Positions 27,101 to 39,440 of a stretch of 64,000 bases of DNA are shown here, piece by piece. How positions within the stretch are numbered: the first letter of the stretch is position 1; each line of letters starts with the position of its first letter. The stretch lies in contig JAUCBJ010000923.1 in the NCBI GenBank assembly GCA_032718475.1, forward strand, positions 51,455-115,454. The letters are read 5' to 3'. The notes under the pieces are model-generated. The model did no database searches and had not been told where the DNA came from. It saw nothing but the letters and a program-made list of their open reading frames with translations. This DNA comes from Nemertoderma westbladi (taxonomy: Eukaryota > Animalia > Xenacoelomorpha). Made by a program: the position numbers and the translations under genes.

Positions 27101-28363
27101 TCTCATCAGAGTGAAAATGAGGGGTGTCATCACAGTGAAAATGAGGGGTGTCATCATAGTGAAAATGAGGGGTCTCATCACAGTGAAAATGAGGGGTCTC
27201 ATCACAGTGAAAATGAGGGGTCCCATCATAGTGAAAATGAGGGGTGTCATCATAATGAAAATGAGGGGTCTCATCACAGTGAAAATGAGGGGTCTCATCA
27301 CAGTGAAAATGATGAACACACAGATGACAAAGATGAAGTGCATAGTGATCATGAGGGGTCTCATCACAGTGAAAATGAGGGGTCTCATCATAGCAAACAT
27401 GATGAACTCAATGATGACAAAGATGAAGTGAATAGTGATCAAGAGGGATCTCATCACAGTGAAAATGAGGGGTCTCAACACAGTGAAAATGAGGGGTCTC
27501 ATCACAGTGAAAATGAGGGGTCTCATCACAGTGAAAATGAGGGGTCTCATCATAGCGAACATGATGAACACACAGATGACAAAGATGAAGTGCATAGTGA
27601 TCATGAGGGGTCTCATCACAGTGAAAATGAGGGGTCCCATCACAGTGAAAATGAGGGGTCTCATCATAGTGAAAATGAGGGGTCTCATCATAGCGAACAT
27701 GATGAACACACAGATGACAAAGATGAAGTGCATAGTGATCATGAGGGGTCTCATCACAGTGAAAATGAGGGGTCCCATCACAGTGAAAATGAGGGGTCTC
27801 ATCACAGTGAAAATGAGGGGTCTCATCACAGTGAAAATGAGGGGTCTCATCATAGCGAACATGATGAACAGACAAATGACAAAGATGAAGTGCATAGTGA
27901 TCATGAGGGGTCTCATCACAGTGAAAATGAGGGGTCCCATCACAGTGAAAATGAGGGGTCTCATCATAGTGAAAATGAGGGTTCTCATCACAGTGAAAAT
28001 GAGGGGTCTCATCACAGTGAAAATGAGGGGTCTCATCACAGTGAAAATGAGGGGTCCCATCACAGTGAAAATGAGGGGTCTCATCATAGTGAAAATGAGG
28101 GTTCTCATCACAGTGAAAATGAGGGGTCTCATCACAGTGAAAATGAGGGGTCTCATCACAGTGAAAATGAGGGGTCCCATCATAGTGAAAATGATGAACA
28201 CACAGATGACAAAGATGAAGTGCATAGTGATCATGAGGGGTCTCATCATGATGACAACAGAGATGACAAACATGAAGTACATAGTGATCATATGTCGGAT
28301 CACGTCGAAGATGACGAAAACAATGATTGTGAACAAGAAGTGCATAGTGATGCAAAACAATGA
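24101..28363 (+). CDS. Intronless patatin-like phospholipase (ExoU/VipD-like subfamily) with long acidic and His-rich repeat C-terminal tail, 1420 aa
   Basis: Uninterrupted ORF with ACCATGG start. Motifs ENLVFEGGGAKS (oxyanion, ~24323-24358), GASAG nucleophile (24428-24442), SMAIPGMF and YVDGG (Asp at 24866). E/D/S/T-rich from ~25720; (HHSENEGS)n from ~26900. AATAAA at ~28439 and ~28490. Confidence 0.93.
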   Translation: MGNRTSELKAEAEQTARKEYIVNEIVKDHIKSEGEDLELMGDLEPEDRKQRRRTIELLKHFDIETDLAQFDYKWENLVFEGGGAKSLSYAGVLEVMEDVGAIEKITRFGGASAGALASVIISLGFNAKEMKKLLATDLDRMFTDHSAGVFSFVPNLLLDFGWNPNLRFFDYIGTVISEVLGSPDATFLDLYNENGNELFIVVVNINMMREEYCHVKTTPSMPIRVALKMSMAIPGMFTSVKSNTGAMSNERSIYVDGGLIANYPIHAFDGWWLSLDNEDHYINRMMQVAKIPQYMERHDRFGQYNDKTLGVLIYSKKEVELLKTALEERVEASRQPIVQRPHTRKAWRFSVNESLELLSENEHLAITDSIDRLFLSLGDNRKKANITRANLEEALNQTHIFTPLHGELLFGTVNYTADMVMALVGVEDTDGIVMKDIIGYGKKKGLSIKTDAMGFSRTEINYFTEFLNVIVEALLSYTKMLYADVRDIERTIGVNTDYIETDDFKLHSADKWYLYEKGKQAAIAYLRYYVAKCHPEVKEGYKENKEEEEKLQKREMYPFRYENPETIDENVETKTEIESESEQEDNVRDTDVETDYANTDIAATDVDVEESITDYDSVDDVETDVGETPDTNEGSVIEIVSDTENEDDGISETTEGESTEAEETTDDEIDDTESDTESEVAESEHNADKNVDVETEDDISKQSGTDVDAVSEDGEEIDNEIEDSDTESEEESEEESEEDSEEESEEESEAESENEHQPKSEHENESDHDIESNHDSDDNIVIPHENKTSDTETEDDSDMDICKSVKDDNYETEDDIETDACGVTDIETECEVKGDSDIDIDSESDSETETENNTDTDDYSGSADSESEHMNHSISEHDGHSDEDIEGHSDAEDDEHGAHNDSVSDNNEHDVHSESGSDHSEHDEHRDDIHEVHSDHEGSHHSEKDEHRDDKDDVHSDQEGSHHSEKEGSHHSENEGSHHSENERSHHSENECSHLSENEGSHQSENEGCHHSENEGCHHSENEGSHHSENEGSHHSENEGSHHSENEGCHHNENEGSHHSENEGSHHSENDEHTDDKDEVHSDHEGSHHSENEGSHHSKHDELNDDKDEVNSDQEGSHHSENEGSQHSENEGSHHSENEGSHHSENEGSHHSEHDEHTDDKDEVHSDHEGSHHSENEGSHHSENEGSHHSENEGSHHSEHDEHTDDKDEVHSDHEGSHHSENEGSHHSENEGSHHSENEGSHHSENEGSHHSEHDEQTNDKDEVHSDHEGSHHSENEGSHHSENEGSHHSENEGSHHSENEGSHHSENEGSHHSENEGSHHSENEGSHHSENEGSHHSENEGSHHSENEGSHHSENEGSHHSENDEHTDDKDEVHSDHEGSHHDDNRDDKHEVHSDHMSDHVEDDENNDCEQEVHSDAKQ
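26900..28250 (+). repeat. Coding 24-bp repeat (HHSENEGS) with interspersed EHDEHTDDKDEVHSDHEGS cassettes
   Basis: catcacagtgaaaatgaggggtct repeated in frame with no frameshift across ~1.3 kb; many variants are synonymous (cac/cat, tct/tcc, ggg/ggt). Confidence 0.95.
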
Positions 28364-29589
28364 TCAATATTCCTGATAATGATTTAGAACATGGGGATGG
28401 GAGAGATTGAGAATGATAAAATGTTTTTGATGTTTGAAAATAAATTCAGACAATATTATGCATGTTGTCAAACACAACTGAACAACAATAATAAATTAAT
28501 ACCCTTCCCTCAGGTTCTGGGATTTTGCCTAATAATATTACTTAACTATTTTGTTGGATGTGGGAGTTAAAATTGTAAAAAATTATACCATTTGAGTAAA
28601 CCTTATAGTTAAGTCAATCCTATCAAGTTAATAATATTGAACGGAGAATAATTCAATAACAATTCCCATATATGATATTTTAACAACTGAATAGTGTCTT
28701 TCATGGAAAGCGCTCAATGAATTGCTGGGTATGGTACGAAATAATGGCAGGGTCACGGTTGAACTATCAATCAATTCCATTTAGTCAAATGGAAAAAAAA
28801 AACATTGCCATTGTAATAGCTTGTGATGTAGTCAGTGGGGTAAGAAGGAGAATTATTATTAAACATTTGTCAATATCTTGTATGCAATTTAGATAGGTTA
28901 TGGCTAATTTCCAGTCCAGAGAGCTGCTGGTTAGTGATTACACGTCTCAGGCTTTGGAAACGCACCCCATATTCTTGAAAATAGACTATTTTTCTTACAC
29001 CTAATTAGCACCTCCTTGCACGCGGCAGACAATATGCCATATATTTTCTCTTAGATATAGGCGTATAGGAGTATATCTTGAATATGAATATATAAGCCAT
29101 GAAATGCCGGAACTGCATTTAGGGCCAGGTGAGCGAGAAAAGTCGGGCTGTCAGAAATTCGACGCGATATAGTTGAGAAAAGCGGAAAGTATAATAATGA
29201 AGTTACTTAGGTTACATTTAATGGTTACTTGTTACGAGTTAAATATGTGCCTCAGGATGCAGGTAGGTTTAAACAATACCGCTAATCGGTGTACTACAGA
29301 TTACATACAACAGTACAATGAAGACATGAAAACCTAGGCCTAGGCCTAATGAAATAACAAAGAACAGAAAGAGTTTATGCAACGGAAGTACATCATGAAA
29401 CACACTGATAGGTATATATATATACCCAACATATAGGTGGCTTATTTCACATATAGGTGGTTTATTTCTATTGGCTAATATATTTGAAGTAAACGAGACC
29501 GGCTTTAACAAAGCCGGCCCTAACTACGATGTAAGAGGAGTTACACAGTTCTTTCATTGGTAGCCTCTTCTAAGAGGCATACTTTTACA

Positions 29590-30790
29590 GCGGGTCAAGA
29601 GTAGTCTTTACCATTTACACTGACCTTAACAGAACGGACAATTCCATCAGACCCGGGAAAGGTTTCCAAAACTTTACCAAGAGGCCAATGTCCTCTGGGA
29701 GAGTTCGAGAATACAACAAGAACTACGTCCCCAGGACATAAGCTTCTGCGATATCTCTTAACCAAATTTTTCGTTCTATTTGAGATGGAACATATTCAGT
29801 CATCCATCGTTTCCAGAAGTTGTTTATTAAAGCTGGAGTAGGCAACCAACGTCTCTTACTGCCAATGTCAGAATCATCGACAAAAACAGGGGCTAAATTG
29901 GGCACGACCAAGTACGATGTGGTTCGGTGTTATTGCTTCTGGTTCATGAGGATCTATGCTAATATGCGTGAGTGGAAGAATATTCAACGACCTCAACGAT
30001 AACTGTTTCGAGAACTTCATCTGTTACACGCTGGCTACCAAGAATCACTTTTAATGCTTTCTTTGCGGATCTAACCAGACGTTCCCAAACACCACCAAAA
30101 TGTGGTGCAGCAGGGGGATTAAAATGCCATTTAATTCCTTTCTGAGCTAAATAATTTTAAGATCGGTCAGCTTCAAGGCACTCTCTGATTTCCTTTTCAC
30201 CACTAGTGAAATTGCTACCAGTATCACTATAAACAATAGCGGGGGTATTTAAGGTATGATCTTCTTTCTCCTTCGTGAAAAACTACCTTGTGAGTATTTA
30301 GAATAACAAGATCAGTAAACCTACAATTGCTAAGGAGAATAATAGGGTGACATGCAGAATTAGGGAGATCAGACTTCGCAATACTGCAGAATTAGGGAGA
30401 TCAGACTTCGCAATACAGCAACCAACTCTGAGTAAACCATCTTCATCCAACTCGTCAACAAAGAGCAATCTTTTCCTGGATAAATTCGCAATCTCATTGG
30501 AGTAAAAGGTATTCTGTACAGATTTGATCCTATAATTTAATGAATACCTGAGATCTGAAACACTCTGAGTAGAACGCTGATGAACCTTGTTTCTACAGTT
30601 TTGGATAAACCTAAATACCCAAGCAAGGACACGTTGGGCTCTAGATAAGGATGAAAACTTTTATACAAATTCGAAGGTAAAGGCCTCAGCAACATGGACA
30701 GCATACAATGCTTTGACTTCAGTATCAACTTCAACTGGGTTATCAGGGATTGCTAAACTGGCTGATCACTGATTTTCAGGGGATCTTAGA
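29590..30790 (-). mobile_element. BEL/Pao LTR retrotransposon pol remnant (integrase and C-terminal region), decayed
   Basis: Minus strand peptides [44 protein letters not shown] (~30068-30138), FWKRWMTEYV and PRGHWPLGKVLETFPGSDGIVRSVKV. Confidence 0.92.
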
Positions 30791-33700
30791 TAATCTATTT
30801 TACTTATTGTGTGCGAGTGGTGTAGGAGAGTGTGGTGTTAAAGTACCCCGGTTAAAATGATGTTTGTTTCACTTTTATGTTTTTTGATTGTGTAAAAACA
30901 TCCACTAAATTATTGTAATACTATTACCAGAAGTTGGTTTTCACAATAATGGAGTATACGAGGCAGAGCTGGCATTATAAATTAATATATTCAGGTACTG
31001 TGCATGAAATTTATCGTAAAAACTTTAAACAGTTGTATCTTAAGTACGCGTAAATGAAATTTTCTGCTTTATATATAAAATTCAGGTGTCAATAAACTTT
31101 ACAAAATATATAATTTGGCTTAAAGGGATTGCGAATAATTACGAGTCGCACTATAAATCTTCTATAAGTCTTTTTGGTAGATCCTGGTATAGAAGACCTT
31201 GAGTGCAACATTTCTTTGAAGAAAAGTTTGCATTTCAGTGATGAAGGTTTTACATTTCCAATATTGACAGATATCAATACTTCACGGATACCATGGAATT
31301 TATAATTACAAATTGAATTTATAATTAATTACGCAGGACGACGCCTCTTAAATGGGGATAGGGAGTTGTGACAGTGTGATTTTTTCAATAAGCCGGTATA
31401 GTATCTTTAATGCACGCTACATTGGAGCATGCCAACTGTGTATTACATTGTGGTGGCAAAAATATTTTTGTAACCCAGCACAGCATCGCAATGTGCAGCT
31501 GCAATGCAGCACGCTGAGTAATAGTAGTAGTAGGAAGTAGTATAATTACAAATAGTGCTGTATGCGTGTGCCAGTCAAACACATGATAATATGTAATAAT
31601 TATGTAATAATAACCTTGGTAACATTCAACTATGTTAATGAATTGAACAGTACCTCTATTGTATTATCTACCCTATTGCATTACAATATCATGGATTTTG
31701 GTACGACATTAGAAACGTAATTCTTGAAATGTTAAAAAAACTAACCGATACACGAGCAACTAGCTTGATAAATTTCGAATATTGGGAGGAAATTTTGAAA
31801 AAGCGATGTATTCTCAAAAATAAAATCGTTAGATCTCGAGCACATATTGCCCACAATCCCATCCCATAGAAGAAGAATATCGAGCGAACTATAATATACA
31901 TACGTATTGAACTATAGGAAACTTGAGCTGCAGTCAAATTAAAAAATATATACTTTAGGAGAAAGTTAGTCTTAGAAGTATAAGTATAGTCTAAGCACAA
32001 ATTATCCGCATAATCGTGGGAAGTTAGACACAAAGACCTGGAGATATATGCCAGGGGCGGAGAGTTTAGCAAACTCGTCTCCTTGGTTGATTCGTTCAAG
32101 ATCATTTTCTGTCCACCTGGTGTGTGTCGCTCTTGTCGATGAAGGAAACACACCACTAACAAATATGTTATCTTTCTCTATCTTCTAGGTCTGTCCCTTT
32201 CCGATGTCAGCTTTTACGTTTGAAGGGAAGGTTCGTTTTCCTGCCAGCCGTCTTAAGTGGGAACTCAATCGAGTTGAAACAGAGACCTGTTTTTCTTAAT
32301 CCCGGTGAACCATAGAGACCTACCCAGAGAATTATTTTGGAAAATACTGGAGCAGAGACAGAGATCAGAGACTTTGCTTATTTTTGTACTTACAATTGAT
32401 TATATTTAACACAAACTTGTACGAATCGGGATGAATTCATGTTTGAATTACAGTAAATCCAACCCATTCAACCCCTACCTAATGGAAAAAATAAGCGCAA
32501 GTACAGTTTGTGTTATTGTTAATATGCTACATTAATTTGTTTTGCTACATAGGTCATTTGTTAAATGAAAAAGGCACAAGCACAACTGTGTAAGCACAAC
32601 AATATACCTTTCAATGTACTATAAACTTGGTCATTTGCGAATATAGTTTGTACACAGGTGTAGTACTCTATTTGCCCCCCTTTTCAATCCTCGTTACGCT
32701 CGTTCTCTTCATTTGGTCCCCATAAAATCTATCCTACAACAAGGTGAAAAGAGCTCAGCCTTTACTTTTACATTTTAAATTACTACTAAATACTAAAATA
32801 CTTTATGGGAGCTCAAATGAAGCACCCTTATCCTTAAATAAGAACCCTCTTTAGATGCTAATTCAACTTAAAATTAATCACACCATAAATTAAATAGAAG
32901 ATTACCGGTTTATTTAGTATGAGTCATGCTTAAAAATAGTGTCGACAAAAGTTGCTATAACTTTGTTGAAGTGGAGTATTAAAAATAGTTAATAATAAAA
33001 GTAATTATTTTTATAGTAAAAAAATATTTGTGATAAAATCTTTCATTTGAATATTACGTTGTTACAAGATATTTAATTTGAAAAAATCACTGATCTCTGG
33101 GTAAAATGTCTGCTTTCAATACACGGGAACCAGAGACCTATCAAGAGACCAACAAATTGCCCGGAGAATACAGAGAGCACAGATCAGTAACAAAGTCTCT
33201 GTTTCAACTCTATAACTCAACAAAACAAAGTTTGTGGGTATGGTTTCTTGGGGTCTTCCTCCCCTACTATACCCCAGGATATTTACTAAGAAACAATACA
33301 CACAAACTTATCCTGCTTGTAGAGATCCCACTAAAGATGTAAGATTGTAGAATGTCTATATGTGTGTCAGTCTGTCCGATTACTAATATCTGGTTCTCTG
33401 ATATCTTATATATCTTCAATCTGATTAATATCCAGATTCGGGCGAACAGACAGACACATATCTTCAAAAAAGCTTATGATGCTCTAAATTGAGATTCCCA
33501 TACTGTATCCAAAATAATTGTTCTTAGTTGATAATAAATTAACTTAACAAAACTTAATTAATAAACTTAAATAATAAACATCAATTAAATACACGAAATT
33601 ATTGCACTTTAGCTCATACTGACAAATAAAGGAATCACGAGTGTTGAGGTACAAGAGAGAGTGAGCTTAGTTTTCGGGTGTATACATCTGTTACAACCAT

Positions 33701-34389
33701 TCAAATCTCAAATCTGACACATACAGGGAGATTATTTTTTATAGGTAACGGTTTAATCTTCCGTGAAGCCCCCATTAATGTATTATGTAATACAGGAGTA
33801 CATAGAAACAATGTCTAACAATTTAGTGGAGCAGTTAAGCTATTTCCTGTTTTCCTATCTAAACAGATAGATCACCTTCCCTCGCCCCTTTATCATCAGT
33901 CGTACTCTAGAGTCCCAAGTGGGTACCGAGGGACAATTAAAAAAAAATGCAATGAGAAGGGTTATTTTATTGCCGGGAATATCTTAGGCTATTCCATGGG
34001 TTTTTTAGTATTGTTGATTAGTTTTGATTGAAGAGCATTGGAAGCTATTCCCATGGGACCGTACTATACTATTACAGTAGTGAGTCCATTTACATTGTAA
34101 AGTACGGCCGGCATCGGCCACATATTCATATGCGTTGAAGTTATAATATTATACAGTCGTTGAATAAATACCGCTTGAACACTCAAATTGGAAATACGAA
34201 GGAGGTTATAATATAGTTTGTTAATGTGAGGCATTAAAATATAGGATGTTTTCGGAAACGTAACGGGGGAAGGCATGGGCGACATTGAATAATCTGGCCA
34301 GGATATTGAAGTCCCATAATAAAACGGAATCTCAATTATCGATTATTTAGAGCAGCAGTAGCGAAAATAAGCCATGTAAAATGTAAATA

Positions 34390-34497
34390 GGCCAGTGCAT
34401 GAGTTTCTTGAGACGCCTAATAAAGGAAAAATTGCCTTAAAGATGCAGATTTATCTCACGAAAGTCATGGGGGATAGGAAGTTGTGGCGGCGCAAAA
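34390..34497 (+). mobile_element. Short RTE-like LINE 3' fragment
   Basis: Similar to 52530-52690 (ccagtgcat...tttcttgagacgc...aagatgc.gat...gtcatggg.gatagg.agttgtggcggcgcaa). Confidence 0.7.
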
Positions 34498-35652
34498 AGA
34501 AACGGGACTATCGTATATAATACAAATATGGTAGAGCCAAAATAAACAGCACATTAATTTAAGGAATAAATTAAATTATAAATATTTGAGTATTATACAA
34601 TAATAGCGACGGGAGTCCATAAATATCTGGTAAATTCTTAATTTACTATTTTTTACAACTTTAGCAATTCAGGCAGTGATCGAATCAGTCAGCCAATGCT
34701 CTTGGTGTTACACATGGGACAATCCTAATTGACATAATAGACTCACACGTATAAAACCAGCCATATCTCCGTTTGTTTTTAGTATTTTTTCGAAAAATCT
34801 GGAACGTTCAACTTACCGGAGATTTTCCTTTCAAATAAGAATTTAGTTTATAGAATCCCAATAAAAACCTTTTGGTGATTTCAGGTGTTACCGTTTGGGA
34901 CAAGTAATTGTCAAAAATATGTACATTCTGTCTGTATAGTTGTATCTCAATTTTATTCCAATAAAACAATTTGGGAGTTATTCAATTGCATTCCTCTATT
35001 ATTTAGCTTTAAAATGAGCTATAACTTGTTGAAATACACCCAGTAGATGTCAAAATACATCCCCAGAATACAATGAATATTGAATGTGAATATTGAAATC
35101 AATGAAATGAAAAAACCTGCATTTCTTAGTACTAAAATATCTGTAAAAACTTTCAAAGCTTTCAAAGGGGTAGTATGATTTTTTGTGCATTTGTTGGACC
35201 ATAAAATTATCTTCAAAAATATATATAACTTTACTAGGTTCCAATAAAAAGATGATTCTAAAATTAGGTCGAATCGTGTGGGAAACCTTTTTGGCCACTT
35301 TTTGTGAGTTTGGGCCACGTACCTATCGGGTACTTGTTTTCACTGTCTGTTGGTAGTTCCGGGTATGTTTTAAATTAAGTTGTTTTTTCCTTTATTACAC
35401 ATTCACTAAATACGGTGTCCGTATCCGTAACAAACACTAAATCAATAAACTTTACCAACAATGCCTCAGCATGGTGGTTGAATATAGGTAAAAAAAATAA
35501 CACGGAAGAAAATTACATATTACGAATATTCGATTATTCTTAGAAACACTGGTATTATTATTTTGTATATTGGTAATAAATATCATATTTCATTTATGTT
35601 TTTATTTAATTTATTCTTTATGTTAAGCCAGGTTATGGACAATTAAACTAAC

Positions 35653-35830
35653 CTGCTTCGCCTGACAGACTGAGGTAGAGTTCAATGCAACGCGACTGAT
35701 ACAAGTTGGTGGGTTGGCGGTCGTCAGGGAAACAACCCATTAGTAACTGGCGAACCTCCAATGGGAATCGATTTAGATCTGGGAGTTGCATGCCAATAGT
35801 TTGGGATATACTGCTGGATGCCCGTGGGAT
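35653..35830 (-). CDS. Coding exon of NWD1/NWD2-like gene: IPRASSSISQTIGMQLPDLNRFPLEVRQLLMGCFPDDRQPTNLYQSRCIELYLSLSGEA(G)
   Basis: Acceptor ctacaacacag| and donor CAG|gttagt; open 178 bp. Phase 1 end joins exon 7620-7804 (G+GA=Gly). LLMG...SRCIELYLS corresponds to the first beta strand (R.[VI]R[VI]F.S) of the DUF4062-type domain. Confidence 0.78.
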
Positions 35831-35919
35831 CTGTGTTGTAGAACAATAATAAAACAGAGTAGCAGTTTTAGGGGTTGGAACATTTCTATAATGAATTTTA
35901 TATCCTTACTCCGTGTCAG

Positions 35920-38463
35920 TGACTGATGTCACACAAACTGTCATTCATTGAACTGTATCTCACTCCCATGACTGATGTCACACAAACTGTCATTGATTAA
36001 ACAGTATCTCACTCCCCTGACTGATGTCACACGAACTGTCATTGATTAAACTGTATCTCACTCCCCTTACTGATGTCACACAAACTGTCATTGATTAAAC
36101 AGTATCTCACTCCCCTGACTGATGTCACACGAACTGTCATTGATTAAACTGTATCTCACTCCCCTGACTGATGTCACACAAACTGTCATTGATTAAACAG
36201 TATCTCACTCCCCTGACTGATGTCACACAAACTGTCATTGATTAAACAGTATCTCACTCCCCTTACTGATGTCACACAAACTGTCATTGATTAAACTGTA
36301 TCTCACTCCCCTGATTGGTGTCACACAAACTGTCATTGATTAAACTGTATCTCACTCCCCTGATTGGTGTCACACGAACTGTCATTGATTAAACTGTATC
36401 TCACTCCCCTTACTGATGTCACACAAACTGTCATTGATTAAACAGTATCTCAGTCCCCTGACTGATGTCACACAAACTGTCATTGATTAAACTGTATCTA
36501 TCTCACTCCCCTGATTGGCGTCACACAAACTGTCATTGATTAAACTGTATCTCAATCCCCTGACTGATGTCACACAAACTGTCATTGATTAAACTGTATC
36601 TCACTCCCCTGACTGATGTCACACAAACTGTCATTGATTAAACTGTATCTCACTCCCCTGACTGATGTCACACAAACTGTCATTGATTAAACTGTATCTC
36701 ACTCCCCTGATTGGTGTCACACAAACTGTCATTGATTAAACTGTATCTCACTCCCCTGACTGATGTCACACAAACTGTCATTGATTAAACTGTATCTCAC
36801 TCCCCTGATTGGTGTCACACAAACTGTCATTGATTAAACTTTATCTCACTCCCCTGACTGATGTCACACAAACTGTCATTGATTAAACTGTATCTCACTC
36901 CCCTGATTGGTGTCACACAAACTGTCATTGATTAAACTGTATCTCACTCGCCTGATTGGTGTCACACAAACTGTCATTGATTAAACTGTATCTCACTCCC
37001 CTGATTGGTGTCACACAAACAACTGTCATTGATTAAACTGTATCTCACTCCCCTGACTGATGTCACACAAACTGTCATTGATTAAACTGTATCTCACTCC
37101 CCTGACTGATGTCACACGAACTGTCATTGATTAAATTGTATCTCACTCCCGTGATTGGTGTCACACAAACTGTCATTGATTAAACTGTATCTCACTCCCC
37201 TGATTGGTGTCACACAAACAACTGTCATTGATTAAACTGTATCTCACTCCCCTGACTGATGTCACACAAACTGTCATTGATTAAACTGTATCTCACTCCC
37301 CTGACTGACGTCACACGAACTGTCATTGATTAAACTGTATTTCACTCCCCTGATTGGTGTCACACAAACTGTCATTGATTAAACTGTATCTCACTCCCCT
37401 GATTGGTGTCACACAAACAACTGTCATTGATTAAACTGTATCTCACTCCCCTGACTGATGTCACACAAACTGTCATTGATTAAACTGTATCTCACTCCCC
37501 TGACTGGTGTCACACAAACTGTCATTGATTAAACTGTATCTCACTCCCGTGATTGGTGTCACACAAACTGTCATTGATTAAACTGTATTTCACTCCCCTG
37601 ATTGGTGTCACACAAACAACTGTCATTGATTAAACTGTATCTCACTCCCCTGACTGATGTCACACAAACTGTCATTGATTAAACTGTATCTCACTCCCCT
37701 GACTGACGTCACACGAACTGTCATTGATTAAAGTGTATCTCACTCCCTGACTGGTGTCACACAAACTGTCATTGATTAAACTGTATCTCACTCCCCTGAT
37801 TGGTGTCACACAAACAACTGTCATTGATTAAACTGTATCTCACTCCCCTGACTGATGTCACACAAACTGTCATTGATTAAACTGTATCTCACTCCCCTGA
37901 CTGGTGTCACACAAACTGTCATTGATTAAACTGTATCTCACTCCCCTGACTGATGTCACACGAACTGTCATTGATTAAACTGTATTTCACTCCCCTGATT
38001 GGTGTCACACAAACTGCCATTGATTAAACTGTATCTCACTCCCCTGATTGGTGTCATACAAACTGTCATTGATTAAACTGTATCTCACTCCCCTGACTAA
38101 TGTCACACGAACTGTCATTGATTAAAGTGTATCTCACTCCCTGACTGGTGTCACACAAACTGTCATTGATTAAACTGTATCTCACTCCCCTGATTGGTGT
38201 CATACAAACTGTCATTGATTAAACTGTATCTCACTCCCCTGACTGATGTCACACGAACTGTCATTGATTAAAGTGTATCTCACTCCCTGACTGGTGTCAC
38301 ACAAACTGTCATTGATTAAACTGTATCTCACTCCCCTGACTGGTGTCACACAAACTGTCATTGATTAAACTGTATCTCACTCCCCTGATTGGTGTCACAC
38401 GAACTGTCATTGATTAAACTGTATCTCAGTCCCCTGACTGATGTCACACAAACTGTCATTGAT
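35920..38463. repeat. 49-bp tandem array (~52 copies), intronic
   Basis: Unit ctcactcccctgactgatgtcacacaaactgtcattgattaaactgtat; variants ctgat/ttggt and +aac units. Confidence 0.98.
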
Positions 38464-38835
38464 AAAGGAACCAATAATATTCTATTATGTTAAGTTAAAA
38501 TAACTAATAATTTATTATAATTATTAAAATAATAAATAATTTATTAGCTTTCTGTTTACTTTTCCATAGCAGTGTGCAAACAAGCTACTTAATTATGCAT
38601 TAGTTGATGCACTATGTATGTCTGTCCGACACGCAAATGCTATGAATCCCAGTACACAAGACAAAATTAGACTTATGAATCAAACGCCCTGCCAACCTGC
38701 AATATCCATCCACACATTGAAAATTAGTAAATAATTTGAGTCGTCGCAAAAGGTAAATCGCTAAATATCGGACTATCTATCTTAATAAAACCTACCGGTA
38801 CACACAAATACCGTTGATAAGGAACCTTAACGTAC

Positions 38836-38942
38836 CTGGGGTGTACCAATCCCGGTACTAGGAACTGGGGAGGGTAACGGTACAGGTAGGTTGGATGGCG
38901 TACTACCTTTCCCACCAGCTGGCTTTGTCAATGCAACTGAAT
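38836..38942 (-). CDS. Probable upstream coding exon of NWD-like gene: SVALTKPAGGKGSTPSNLPVPLPSPVPSTGIGTPQ
   Basis: Acceptor ttgttttattag| and donor CAG|gtacgt; open; phase 0 end matches exon 35653-35830. Confidence 0.65.
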
Positions 38943-39339
38943 CTAATAAAACAAACTCACGAAATAATTATCCCGCCAATTTGGTAGTTTAATCACCAAA
39001 TTTGTTAAGACTGGAAAAAAATATGTAAAACTTAAAATTGCCATTTATATAGTAATGAACTTTACTTTAGTCTACAACATTAAATTGGCCATTTAATATA
39101 AAAAAAGGCTATTCTATCATCACAAAAAATGTTCAATTGTGTAATAAATTTTTAATTGGCATTTGCAATACAATATTAACTTATTGCGGTGCATCGAGAA
39201 ATGGGAGTTAAAAGTTGGTGATAAAGTGTATAACACACTGAAAGATATGTAGACAGACAGATACACTGAAAGGTCTCGGGCCTGGGGGGCTTCGTGTACC
39301 AGAAGTAAGCCATCACTGGCGAACAGACCTACACTTACA

Positions 39340-39440
39340 CTTTGTGCATAGTTCTGAGATAATCGCCGAGAATTGACACTTGAACAGAAACGACCTCGCT
39401 TTGCAGGACATTGCTTTCGCGATGAGGAACTAGGACCACC
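39340..39440 (+). mobile_element. Short RTE-like LINE fragment
   Basis: ttgacacttgaacagaaacgacctcgctttgcaggacattgctttcgc closely matches 52475-52522. Confidence 0.7.

Noticed and set aside
26730-28376. Alternative-frame and antisense ORFs (MRGLITVK..., MRPLIFTV..., DETPHFHC...)
   Set aside because: Shadows of the 24-bp coding repeat; the synonymous variation favours the patatin frame.
31080-32160. Possible coding remnants (ORFs 31089-31277 and 31689-32162)
   Set aside because: No recognisable motif or convincing splice pair; probably decayed TE sequence.
35920-38463. 49-bp unit as repeated micro-exon (minus strand ...tgacag|23 nt|gtgaga)
   Set aside because: Weak polypyrimidine tract, a 23-nt exon would shift the frame, and the flanking exons already join in phase.
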